A stretch of DNA of 64,000 bases from assembly GCA_963769025.1 (NCBI GenBank), contig CAVYKI010000009.1, positions 224,001 to 288,000 on the forward strand, in the 5' to 3' direction. The notes under the pieces were generated by a model that made no database searches, was not told the DNA's origin, and saw nothing but the letters and a program-made list of their open reading frames with translations. Origin of the DNA: an uncultured Verrucomicrobiae bacterium (lineage in GTDB: Bacteria; Verrucomicrobiota; Verrucomicrobiia; Chthoniobacterales; Chthoniobacteraceae). Positions within the stretch are counted from its first letter, which is position 1, and each line of letters opens with the position of its first letter. Shown here piece after piece: positions 1 through 9,900 of the stretch. Position numbers and translations under genes: made by a program.

Positions 1-1992
1 GTTCCAGTTGCCCTTCGGCATGCCGAGGATTTTTTCGAGATGCTTGAGCAGGTTGGTCGCGGAGAGCTTTTCGTGGCGGGGGAGCGGTCCGCGAAGATAC
101 GAGATGATCCGCTCGCGCGCAGATTCCAGCGTCGCTGCATCGACGCCGGGATCAGCGTCCGGCGATTGCGCGGTTGCTGGCGTTCCCGCTTCGGTTGAGG
201 CTTCGTGCGGACGGAGGTCGAACTCCAGCGGCCACGACTGCTTTACGCGCGGGTCGGCGCTCACGCAAAGCACCTGCAGCAGGCCGAGTTCGTTCATCGT
301 CGCGGAAAGTCGCACGGGCACGCGGTCCGTGCCGGTTTCGGCGAGGCGACCGGAGAGCTTCGCAGCGGTTTGCAGCGGCGGCAGGGGATGGAACGAGCGG
401 TCGTCCCATTCGACGAGCGCCCCTGCACGATCCGCGTCGTGGCGGGTCGAATAAAACGGCTGGAACCGCACAGGGCGTCCCACGCAAAGCTCCAGCCCCG
501 GGAGCGAGACGGAGAATTCCTCATCCGACGCCGCTCCGCGCGGAAGGATGCAGACGAGCTGCCGGCCGGCGCGTCCGCCGTCTCCGGACGAGGCGTGAAC
601 TTCCAGGTAAATGGCCCGCGCCGCGCCCGCCTCGATGCGCGCCGCGCGTCCGTGCAGGATGCTCCCGAAACGCGCCGCGCCGCGTGCGACGGCAAGATCG
701 AGTTCAGGGTTTTCGAGAAGGACGGGCGTCGCGCCGCCCTGCCACGCGGCGATCTGGCGTTGCAGCCGTTCCCGCAGCATCGCCGGAGACAGCGATCCCC
801 CGTTGAAAAGCACGGCATCGACCCGCGGACGCCCGCGCAAAAACTCCGCGAGGTAACGCGTGACCGCGCTGTCGGCGGCGTAGGGAAGCGCCCATTCGCG
901 GAGCGCGGCTTGGTCGCGTGCCGGCTCGGCGTCGGCGGCGCATTCGGGGAAGAAACCGTCCATCAGGATCGCGTCGATCTCGGCGCGGGCGATGCGCGCG
1001 GTCAGCGTGCCGCCGAGCAGCCCGGAGCCGCGACCGGGAATCGAAACCGAAAACGTCTCGGCGTCCTTGCCGGAACTGGCGAGGCAGCGCTCCTTGAGCT
1101 CACGGCATTGCGCGACGAGGAAATTCCACTGCGCCGGCGCGAGGTCCGTCCCGGCGGGAAGTCCCTGCTGGATGCGATGCGCGAGCGCGAGGTCGATGTT
1201 GTCCCCGCCGAGCAGCAAGTGGTCGCTGACGGCCACGCGCCGGATGCGCGGAACGGGCGAACCGGGCTGCCGCGCAATCTCGAACAGGCTGAAGTCCGAA
1301 GTGCCGCCGCCGATGTCAATGACCACGACGTGCCGCGCGTCGGGGCCATCCGCGGGCAGCGCGTTCCAAAAATCGTCCGGCCTGTCGTGCAGTTCGAGCC
1401 ACCGGTAAAATGCCGCCTGCGGCTCCTCGATGAGCCGGACGCTTTCCGGAAACCCCGCCTGCTTCGCCGCGTCGAGCGTGAGCCGCTGCGCGACCGCATC
1501 GAACGACGCCGGCACAGTGATGGTGATCTCCTGCGCGTCGAAACGGAACTCCGCGCCGTCGCCGGCGAACTTCGCGTCCCATGCCGCGCGCAGATATTTC
1601 AGGAGAATCGCCGACGCATCCACGGGCGAGATGCGCAGTCCCGGGTCGAGCGCGTCCGAGCGCCACGGCAGGAATGGCGCGGAACGATCCACCGTGTGAT
1701 GGCAGAGCCACGACTTCGCCGAGTGCACCACGCGCCCCGGCAGCTCCGCCGCCTGCTTCCGCGCGAAACGCCCCGGCACCCACGCATCGCCACCGAGCGC
1801 AGCCGCCTCGTGTGCCGCCGGCAGATAGAGGAATGACGGAAGCGTCGCCGACTCCGAGAGCGTTCCGGGCTTTTCCCACTGCGGGATTGCGAAGACGTGC
1901 GTGCGCGTATCCGCACCGTCGAGAGGCTCAAACGCCATGGCACAGTTCGTCGTGCCAAGATCGATCCCGATGCTGAATTTTGCGCGAGCCAT
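1..1992 (-). CDS. Atypical Hsp70-family protein (long form, probably with C-terminal DUF3731); runs off the left edge of the window
   Basis: Hand translation from ATG at 1992 gives MARAKFSIGIDLGTTNCA...ITVPASFD...IEEPQAAFY...DIGGGTSD...LLGGDNID. The same frame reaches position 1 (…GMPKGNWN). Missing from the ORF track because no stop lies in the window. Confidence 0.9.
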   Translation of the reverse strand, partial: MARAKFSIGIDLGTTNCAMAFEPLDGADTRTHVFAIPQWEKPGTLSESATLPSFLYLPAAHEAAALGGDAWVPGRFARKQAAELPGRVVHSAKSWLCHHTVDRSAPFLPWRSDALDPGLRISPVDASAILLKYLRAAWDAKFAGDGAEFRFDAQEITITVPASFDAVAQRLTLDAAKQAGFPESVRLIEEPQAAFYRWLELHDRPDDFWNALPADGPDARHVVVIDIGGGTSDFSLFEIARQPGSPVPRIRRVAVSDHLLLGGDNIDLALAHRIQQGLPAGTDLAPAQWNFLVAQCRELKERCLASSGKDAETFSVSIPGRGSGLLGGTLTARIARAEIDAILMDGFFPECAADAEPARDQAALREWALPYAADSAVTRYLAEFLRGRPRVDAVLFNGGSLSPAMLRERLQRQIAAWQGGATPVLLENPELDLAVARGAARFGSILHGRAARIEAGAARAIYLEVHASSGDGGRAGRQLVCILPRGAASDEEFSVSLPGLELCVGRPVRFQPFYSTRHDADRAGALVEWDDRSFHPLPPLQTAAKLSGRLAETGTDRVPVRLSATMNELGLLQVLCVSADPRVKQSWPLEFDLRPHEASTEAGTPATAQSPDADPGVDAATLESARERIISYLRGPLPRHEKLSATNLLKHLEKILGMPKGNWN

Positions 1993-2010
1993 CGTGCGGA
2001 CTGCGCGCCG

Positions 2011-3855
2011 CTATTCCATGCGGACCTGGAACTCGACCTTCCAGCGGCGATCCGAGCGGGTGTGTTTCATCCAGAGTTCGAGGTTGCCGAGTTCGGTGAC
2101 GACCGGGTTGATGTGGACGGGCACGGCCTGTCCCTCAGGGAAGCCATCGATGGGCGGCAGCGTGAGTTCGAGCTGGCTGGATTCTTCGAGATCGCGCACG
2201 GCGTTCGGGATGATCTGCCCCGGCTTGTCGCCGCTGCGCACTTCGGACGCGAAGAACCGGAACACCGCGGGCTGTCCGGTCATCAGGCCAAACTGCTGGC
2301 CGTCGATGAGCAGTTCGCTGCCTTCCTCCATTCCCTGCGGCACGACGCAGAGCGCTTTGATCGGCGGCTTGAATCCAGGAATCGCGGGCATCGAGGATTC
2401 GAGGCCGATGTAATACGAGCGGGCGGTGCCGGCCTTGATGCGGATGCCCTGGCCGGTCGCGCGGTTGCGTCCGTAAATGGCCGCGCCTTTTGCCACGGCG
2501 AGGTCGGGCTGGAAGCCTGCGAGTTCGTGGACGGGCTTGCGGTCGTTCCATGATGCGAGCAGGTCGAGGACTCGCTGGCGGATCGGAGCCGCGTTGAATA
2601 CGCCGCCGTTGAAAAGGATCGCCGTCGGCATGAGGCAGGCGCCCTTCAGCGCCTCGGGCCGCGAATTCACGAGCGCGGTCAGCGTCTCGCTGGCCTTCAC
2701 ATTCATGAGGCTGCGCGTGAGGAATCGCGCGAGGTGCTTGCTCACGACCGGGTCCGACGCGTACGGCAGGCCAAACTCCTGCAAGCCGGCGCCCCGCTTT
2801 TCCTCGGGCAGGTCGGTGACGCGCGTCATCGGGAAAAAGCCGTCGAGCACCACCGCTTCGAGCGTCGCGCGATCGAGCTTGGTGGAGACGGTCTTCGCGA
2901 TGAGCCCTGAGCCGCGCGACGGGACGGCGATGGGCCCGCTCTTGAGCGACTCGTCGTTGAACAACTGCACCTTCGCCCGGCCCGCCGCGTGGATGAGCGC
3001 GAGGAACTGCCATTCGTCGATCGTCTTTCCCGCCTCCTCGAGCTGCGCCTGCAGCGTGTACGCGAGCGCGAGATCCATGTTGTCGCCGCCGAGCAGAATG
3101 TGTTCGCCGACGCTGATGCGCTCGACCTCCAGGTTGCCGTCCTTTCCGGTGATCGCGATGAGGCTGAAGTCCGACGTGCCGCCGCCGACATCGCACACGA
3201 GCACGATGTCGCCCGGGCCGACCTGTTTGCGCCAGTCGCTGCCCGCCTGCGCGGTCCATGCGTAAAATGCCGCCTGCGGTTCCTCCAAGAGCACGACTTT
3301 TCCGAGGCCCGCCGCCTCCGCCGCCTCGGATGTCAGCGTGCGCGCGACTTCGTCGAACGACGCGGGCACCGTGAGCACGACCTGTCCCTCAGCCAAATCC
3401 CATTTGCGCTCGTGCCCGTGCTCGGCGTGGAGAAAGCCCTCGCGCAGTTCTTCGAGGTAGCGCCGCGAGCAGTCGAACGCGGAAAGCTTCGTCTCCCCGA
3501 TGTCCGATTTCCACGGGAGCACGGGCTTTTTCGGGTCGGTGTGAAAGTTCGACAGCCACGACTTTGCCGACGTGACCAGTCGATCCGGGATGAGCGCGCC
3601 GTGCTCGCGGGCGAAGTGTCCGACGACGGTCCTGTCGGACTTCGACGACCACGGCAGCCGCATGGCATCCTTCGGGAATTCGTCCGGGTGCGGCACGTAA
3701 AGCGCCGAGGGCAGCGTCGGCTTTTCACCGGCCTGATTCGGTCCGAGCACCTGCGTGATCTCCACGATCGCCGCGCGGCCACTCTCGAATTCCTCGATGG
3801 CCACAGCGCTGTTGCTCGTGCCGAGGTCGATGCCGAGGCTGAATTTGGTCTTCAT
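2011..3855 (-). CDS. Atypical Hsp70-family protein (short form, about 614 aa)
   Basis: Motifs GIDLGTSNS, TVPASF, EEPQAAFY, DVGGGTSD, LLGGDNMD, FNGG, VAKGAA. Start ATG (MKTKFSLG) overlaps the upstream stop (ATGA). The C-terminus (…RWKVEFQVRME) is unlike the DnaK substrate-binding domain. Confidence 0.92.
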   Translation of the reverse strand: MKTKFSLGIDLGTSNSAVAIEEFESGRAAIVEITQVLGPNQAGEKPTLPSALYVPHPDEFPKDAMRLPWSSKSDRTVVGHFAREHGALIPDRLVTSAKSWLSNFHTDPKKPVLPWKSDIGETKLSAFDCSRRYLEELREGFLHAEHGHERKWDLAEGQVVLTVPASFDEVARTLTSEAAEAAGLGKVVLLEEPQAAFYAWTAQAGSDWRKQVGPGDIVLVCDVGGGTSDFSLIAITGKDGNLEVERISVGEHILLGGDNMDLALAYTLQAQLEEAGKTIDEWQFLALIHAAGRAKVQLFNDESLKSGPIAVPSRGSGLIAKTVSTKLDRATLEAVVLDGFFPMTRVTDLPEEKRGAGLQEFGLPYASDPVVSKHLARFLTRSLMNVKASETLTALVNSRPEALKGACLMPTAILFNGGVFNAAPIRQRVLDLLASWNDRKPVHELAGFQPDLAVAKGAAIYGRNRATGQGIRIKAGTARSYYIGLESSMPAIPGFKPPIKALCVVPQGMEEGSELLIDGQQFGLMTGQPAVFRFFASEVRSGDKPGQIIPNAVRDLEESSQLELTLPPIDGFPEGQAVPVHINPVVTELGNLELWMKHTRSDRRWKVEFQVRME

Positions 3856-4454
3856 TTCAACTCCACCTCCGCCGGCGCGATGCCCGGCAGGCGCCGCGCG
3901 TCGGTCTTGATGATCCGCGGCAGTTTGACGGTCTCCGTCTTCCATCCCTTGTGGACGAGCGTGCCGCTGAACGGCGGCTCGCCGCACACTTTCCCGAGCA
4001 GCCGGTATTCGTCCGGCGCGTATCCCGCGGGCACCGTGACGCGCGAGCCCTCCGCGGCATCCGAGACGGGCGTGATTTTGAAATGCTCGCGCAACACCTC
4101 GCGGCAGCCTTGATGCACGACCCGAGCCGCCGCGCCGACCTGCGCGTCGTCATACGCCGTCACGTCGTCCATGAGAAAGTCCACGAAGCGTCCCTTTTCC
4201 TGAAGCAATGCAAAGAACGCAACGACCTCCGCGTCGGCCTGATTTACGGCGGAAGCCGGCGGTAGAACTGAAGCCGGTGAAGGCAACTTCGGTGTGTCTT
4301 TCGCACTGCCAAAAAGTGCGAGCATGACGATGGCGAGCGCCAGCATCAGCGCCGCCGCCGCGAGCGGTGTGGCGTATTCGCGCATGGCTGGCACGAGCAG
4401 GAGAGCGTTGAGCGTGGCAACGATCGCCGCGCAAATCAGCAGGCTGTATTTCAT
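3852..4454 (-). CDS. DUF2760-like membrane-anchored protein
   Basis: Two N-terminal hydrophobic helices, then LLQEKGRFVDFLMDD…DAQVGAAARVVHQGC…PPFSGTLVHKGW…IAPAEVEL, recognised as DUF2760. Typical position upstream of paired Hsp70s. Confidence 0.85.
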   Translation of the reverse strand: MKYSLLICAAIVATLNALLLVPAMREYATPLAAAALMLALAIVMLALFGSAKDTPKLPSPASVLPPASAVNQADAEVVAFFALLQEKGRFVDFLMDDVTAYDDAQVGAAARVVHQGCREVLREHFKITPVSDAAEGSRVTVPAGYAPDEYRLLGKVCGEPPFSGTLVHKGWKTETVKLPRIIKTDARRLPGIAPAEVELK

Positions 4455-4614
4455 ATTCAAGAATGTCCCTTTGTGCCGGACCCGCATTCGCGGCGGGTCC
4501 GATTCCCGCGCGCATTGGCCACACCGTTCGCATCATCGCAAGCGCGAAAGCGGCGGGGGATCACCGGCAGTCGGAATGGGTCTCGAGGGCGTGATTGCGT
4601 CGCGTGATTGAGTC

Positions 4615-6702
4615 TCACGGTCCCAGCAGCGGAAGCATGGTGAGGGCGGGGCAGGGGAGCAGTCCGTCGTCGGGCGCAGTCGCCGTTTCCTCCGGGATCG
4701 GTGGAGGGCTGGCGGTGGGGGCGCTTCCAGTCTCGGCGAGACGCGTGATGGCCCCGGCAACGCGTGCGGATTCCTGCTGAAGTTCGTCGGCTGCCCGGAG
4801 GATCGCACCTTGGATATCGAAAGGCACTTGGCGGGAATCGCGTTGGGACGCGAGGTTTTCCCGCAGCGCGCGCAGACCGGCGCGGATGTTTTCCGCCGCC
4901 CCCGTGACATAGCCGTGCGCGATTTTCGCAGCGAATGCCGCCGGCCGCGAGGGGAAGCGATCGCGGATCGCGGTTTCCCACTGCCTTTCGAATTGGGCGC
5001 GGCTTTCCGCTTGCAGGCGGTTCTCCTTTTCGGGCGGCGCAATCTCACTGCCGCCGTCCGGGCCAAACAAACGTTGGCGCACTTTCGCGCGACTGCGGAA
5101 AAGCAGCCAGTCGATGAATGTTTTCCGCACCGGCAGCGACTCCGTATCGAGGGTCATTTTGTAGGAATCCAGCCCGTCATCCGCGCGCACTGCCGCCAGC
5201 GCCTGCTGGCCGGGTTCGCGTGGGGAGAATCCAGAGGCATCGAGATCGGCGACCATTTCCAGCGGCAGATGGGCGCCGGCGTGCTCGGAGCCTTCGAGCC
5301 GTTCCAGGCGCGACCTGCTCTCCTCGGCGAGAGCGCGCGCGGCTTCGGTGAGCGGCGGATTCCAATACCGGTCAGGCAAGGCCCCGAGGCTGTCATTCGC
5401 CTTCATCCATCGCGCAAAACCCTGCCGGAATTCCTCGCGCAGTTGCGCCGTCCGCGCCGTCATCGCTTCATCCACTCCCCGCCGGTGCTCCTCGCGCAGG
5501 TCTTGGAAAAGCGCGACCCAGTCGGCCTGCAAGAGCCGGTCGGTGGCCGCGATCTGCAGGTCGAGAGCGCGGATTTTTTCCGCGAGTGCTCCCTGCCGCG
5601 AACGCAGTGTCGTGACTTCGGAACCTGTGAGGGTCGAGATGAGCTCGCCGCACAGGGTCTTCGCCTGGCGCAGGCTGTCGCGGATGAACTCGTGCGTGTA
5701 GTCGCTGCTGTTCAGGTACTCCATCAGGTCGCTCTGGAATGTGTAGAATTCCGGAAGGCGCATCCGCTCTCCGTCCGCGTGGGCGAGCGTCGTCGAGGCC
5801 GCGCTGAGGAGATCCACGGCGTGAATCCGCACGCGCCCCGCATCGTACGCCGCCTTCATCGGGCCCGCCATCGAGAGCGTCTTGAACGCCTCCAGCACCC
5901 GTTCCGGGTCCTCGCTTTCTGCGCTCGGCCGCAGGCTGCCGTCCGGCGCAAGGTCGCGTTTGCTCGCGTCCACGTTCACCACGATGAAAATCCGGCTGAA
6001 AAGTCCGAGCAGCTGGTTGAACTCCGCGAAGACCTGCTCGAGGAAAAGATTGTCCGTCTTCACCACGAAAACCGCGCATGCGGCGCCGTCGCGGAACTCC
6101 CGCGTGAGCACGTCGTAGCCAAAATTCATCCGGCTGTAGAGGCCGGGAGTGTCCACTAGCACCATCGAGGATTCGCCGAGCGCCGGGACGGGCACCTTGA
6201 TGTCCACGCGCCGGATCGCCTCCGGAAAACTCGTGCCCGGCTCAAATGCCTCCCCGCGCTCTTCACATTCGCGGATCCGTTCGGCGAGCGCCGGGTGCGC
6301 GTCTTCGACCACCGCCTTCAGTTCCATCCCGGTCGAGAAGATCGTCTCACGCCCGTTGTAGCGCGTCACCGAAAAGCGCGACGACTGCGAATCCTGCACA
6401 AAGACCAGGCACGGATAGCCGGGCAGCGACGTGACCTCGCTCACGTACGAACCGCTCATGGCATTCATGAGCGTGCTTTTTCCGCTCTTCAGCGGGCCGA
6501 AAATCAGCAGGTAGGCGTGCTGGTTCTTGAGCTTGTCCGTGAGTGACCGGAGCCGCGCCCGGAGATCGTTCAGCGCCGCGAGCGAATGGTGCAGTGTGCC
6601 GTGGCCACGCTCAAATTGTGTCGCAGCCTTGAGGAGCGCGGCAGGCAGCATTCCCAGGGTTTCTGAGCACACGGAGCAAAACTCGGAAATCTCGGTCTTC
6701 AT
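4615..6702 (-). CDS. Dynamin-like GTPase (Dynamin_N domain with long helical stalk)
   Basis: G1 GPLKSGKST, G2 region EVTSLPGYP, G3 LVDTPG, G4-like NVDASKRD, followed by long helical/coiled-coil regions. Start taken at MKTEISEF. Confidence 0.85.
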   Translation of the reverse strand: MKTEISEFCSVCSETLGMLPAALLKAATQFERGHGTLHHSLAALNDLRARLRSLTDKLKNQHAYLLIFGPLKSGKSTLMNAMSGSYVSEVTSLPGYPCLVFVQDSQSSRFSVTRYNGRETIFSTGMELKAVVEDAHPALAERIRECEERGEAFEPGTSFPEAIRRVDIKVPVPALGESSMVLVDTPGLYSRMNFGYDVLTREFRDGAACAVFVVKTDNLFLEQVFAEFNQLLGLFSRIFIVVNVDASKRDLAPDGSLRPSAESEDPERVLEAFKTLSMAGPMKAAYDAGRVRIHAVDLLSAASTTLAHADGERMRLPEFYTFQSDLMEYLNSSDYTHEFIRDSLRQAKTLCGELISTLTGSEVTTLRSRQGALAEKIRALDLQIAATDRLLQADWVALFQDLREEHRRGVDEAMTARTAQLREEFRQGFARWMKANDSLGALPDRYWNPPLTEAARALAEESRSRLERLEGSEHAGAHLPLEMVADLDASGFSPREPGQQALAAVRADDGLDSYKMTLDTESLPVRKTFIDWLLFRSRAKVRQRLFGPDGGSEIAPPEKENRLQAESRAQFERQWETAIRDRFPSRPAAFAAKIAHGYVTGAAENIRAGLRALRENLASQRDSRQVPFDIQGAILRAADELQQESARVAGAITRLAETGSAPTASPPPIPEETATAPDDGLLPCPALTMLPLLGP

Positions 6703-6709
6703 CGTCGGC

Positions 6710-6737
6710 AGCGTCCACGCTTTCACGGCAGTGTCAA
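6710..6737 (-). promoter_or_regulatory. Putative sigma70 promoter for the dynamin-like gene (leaderless-type spacing)
   Basis: Minus strand reads TTGACA-N16-GACGCT, then 7 nt to the ATG at 6702. Confidence 0.4.
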
Positions 6738-6904
6738 CGCGCCCCTGCGCTTCCTGCCTTCGCGGCACTTTCCGTCGCAACAAACTCACACGGCTTTTAC
6801 AAAAGGATCACAACTCCGTGCGGCGCGCGGGCTACGAAGGGTGCAGCGCGCGGCGTTGCAAGCGCCGGCGCGGCAAAGCACGATTCGATCAACCCCGTCA
6901 TCCC

Positions 6905-9900
6905 ATGAGCAAGCGCACTTCGTTCCACCTCCCGGCAGCAATCGCACTGGTCACTTCACTCGTCCTTCCGGTCTGCTCGTGGGCGGAGAATGAGATCGGA
7001 TTCATTGAGAAATTCGCGCTCGCACCGGACCGGGAGAAGGTCCTCGGCGAACTCGTCCCCGGCACCGAGGACTACTATTTTTTCCACGCGCTGCATTACC
7101 AGAACACGAGCAATGCGGCGAAGCTCGCGGGCGTTCTCGCGCAGTGGAAGAAGCGCTTCCCGGACTCCGACCAGCGGGAGATCATCGAGAACCGCGACGC
7201 ATTGCTCGGCTACGATGCGAATCCGCAGAAGACGCTGGCCTTTCTGCGCGAGCGGCTCGGCCTGCAGTTCAACCACCAGCAGGAGGTGCGCGACAAAAAG
7301 CCGGACCTGCCGAGCACGCTCGACCCGAAGCGCATCGGGCGCGATGTGTTTGAGCGCGACTCGATCAACAATGACCTGGGGTTGGGATCATTTTCCGAGG
7401 AGGCGCTGGAGGCGCTGGTGAGGAGCAAGGTTCCGCTCGACGAACACCGGCGACGGGCATTGCTCGGCAGGCTGAAGCGGCCGGACGTGCCCGGCCTGGT
7501 GGAGCTGATCGTCGCTGACTTGAAGTCGAAGGAATCGCGCGGGTTCGGGGAATTTGCCATCCACCGCGCACTCCTGCCGGAGCAGCTCGATGCGCTGGCG
7601 AAGCAGTCGCCCGGCCTGCCGGTGCAGCAGGCGTTCGTCTTTGCCAGGCTGCGCAAGCTCGCGCCGTCGGCGGATGTGGACGTGGAGTTTGACGCCGTGG
7701 AACGCGAGGCGTGGCTGGAGCGCGTGTGGGCCTACGCGAAGACGCTGTCGCCCACCTACAACACGCTGAAGGCCCACGTGCTCTACCTGCGCTCGATCAC
7801 GATCGGAAGAAGGGCGTCTACGACGCAGCGCGACTGCTCGAGTACCTCAAGCTCCCGCGCTCCATCCACTATGTGAACCCAAAATGGCTGGAACGCGTGC
7901 GCAATTCGCAGCCGATGTGCGACCTGAACGCGAACCTGAGCGAAGGCCTGCTGACGCAGCGCCCTATCGGCGACGACGAGCCGCTGGTGCGGGACTATTT
8001 CCTGAACATTTTCCAGCGCGCGGCTGCGGCGAACCTCGGCGACATCGGCACGGGGATGATGGCGCCTTACACGGAGTATGTGCGCGACACGTGGCTGAAG
8101 CCGGTGCTCGCCGAGGCGCTCATCACGAGCGCGCAGGGCAACGCCGAGCAGTGGGCGTCGCTCATCACGCCGGGGGAATTCCAGCGGCTCAAGGATCGCG
8201 TGGACATCGAGTTTCCCTCGACGAACGCGCCGGTCTTCAAGCCCGCGGGCGGTGTGCAGGCGGGCGATGATGTGCAGTTTGATGTCGTCGTGAAAAACAC
8301 GCCGAAGCTCATCGTGAAAATCTACGAGCTGAATGCGCTGAACTTTTTCCTCACGCAGAAGCGCCAGCTCAACACAGACCTCAACCTCGACGGCCTGGTC
8401 GCGAACAGCGAGCAGACCCACGCGTTCGACACCGGCCCATTCAAGCGCACGCGGCAGACGTTCAAATTTCCCGCGCTGAAAGGAAAACGCGGCGCGTGGA
8501 TCGTGGAGTTCATCGGCGGCGGGCGCAGCAGCCGCGCGCTGGTGCGCAACGGGCAGTGGCAGGTGGTGCAGAACACCGGACCGTCCGGCGATCTGCTCAC
8601 CGTGCTGGATGAAAACGGCGCGCAGGTGAAGGAGGCCGTGGCGTGGCTCGACGGGCGCAAGTTCGTGCGCGACGAGAAGCTCGGCCGCATCGTGGTGCCG
8701 TTCACCGCGCAGCCCGGCATGAAGCAGGTCGTCCTCGCGGATGCGGAGGGCACGTTTGCCACGCTCGCGCAGTTCGAGCATCACGCGGAAAACTACGTGC
8801 TCGACGCGCATTTTCACATCGAGCGCGAGCAACTGCTGGCGCGTCGCGAGGCCACGGTCGCCGTGCGCACGGCGCTGATGCTCGGCGAAGCGCACCTCGA
8901 TCCCGCGCTGCTCACCGAGCCGAAGCTCACCGTGACTTCCACGACGCACGACGGAATTTCCACGACGCGCGAGTTCAAGGACCTGAAGCTCACCGCCGGC
9001 GGCGTGCTCACTCAGGACCTCAGCGTTCCCGAGCGCCTCGCTCAGCTCACCGTCACGCTCACGGGAAAAGTGGATGTCCTCAGCGCCGGCGGGCAGAAGC
9101 GTGACATCTCCGCGAGTCACAACTGGAGTCTGAACGGCATCGAAAAGACCGATGCGACGAACGACGGGCACCTGTCGAAATTCGGCGGCAACTACGTCTT
9201 CGAGCTGCTCGGCAGAAATGGCGAACCGCTCGCGGACCAGCAGGCGGTGTTCACGTTCAGGCACCGCGAATTTGCGCGCACGCAGACGATCGCTCTCCGC
9301 ACGGATGACAAGGGCCGCGTGGAGCTCGGCGCGCTCGGAGGCATCGCGAGCTTCACTGCGCGGATTCCGAACGGACGGCAAAGTTCATGGGAGCTGGATG
9401 ACTTTGAGCGCACGTGGCCCGCGGTGATCCACACGGGGGGCGGGCAACCGGTCCGCGTGCCACTGCCCCCACGGTTCAGCGAGGCGCTCACGCGCTGGAA
9501 CTTCCTGCCGAAGGACTGGCTCCAGCGGGAGGTGTCGTTGCTTCAGGTGAACGCGGGCACGTTTGTCGCCGACCACGGCGGACAGATGGAAATCGTGGAC
9601 GGATTCCTAGTCATCGAGGGCCTCGACGCCCGGCGACTACGCGCTGCGGCTGCGCGACGAGAAGCGCGACATCGCGATCAAAGTGAGCGGAGGCAAGGCG
9701 GGCAGCGGGTGGTATCTCGGCAGCTGCGCGCAACCTGCAGGCGAAGGCAGAGACGATGCTGCACATCACCGGCGTCATCGAGGCGCCGGATGCGATCACC
9801 GTGAAGCTCGCGAACACCTCGCCTTTCACCCGCGTGCATGTCGCCGCGTCGCGCTTCGAGCCGGGGCGCGGAATCTTCGGCGACTTCGGGAGCTTCGTGC

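Noticed and set aside
205..1836. 543-aa plus-strand ORF and many similar long ORFs (e.g. 7783-9381, 21173-23095, 53111-55528, 58032-59642)
   Set aside because: Antisense shadows of real genes in high-GC DNA; no recognisable motifs.
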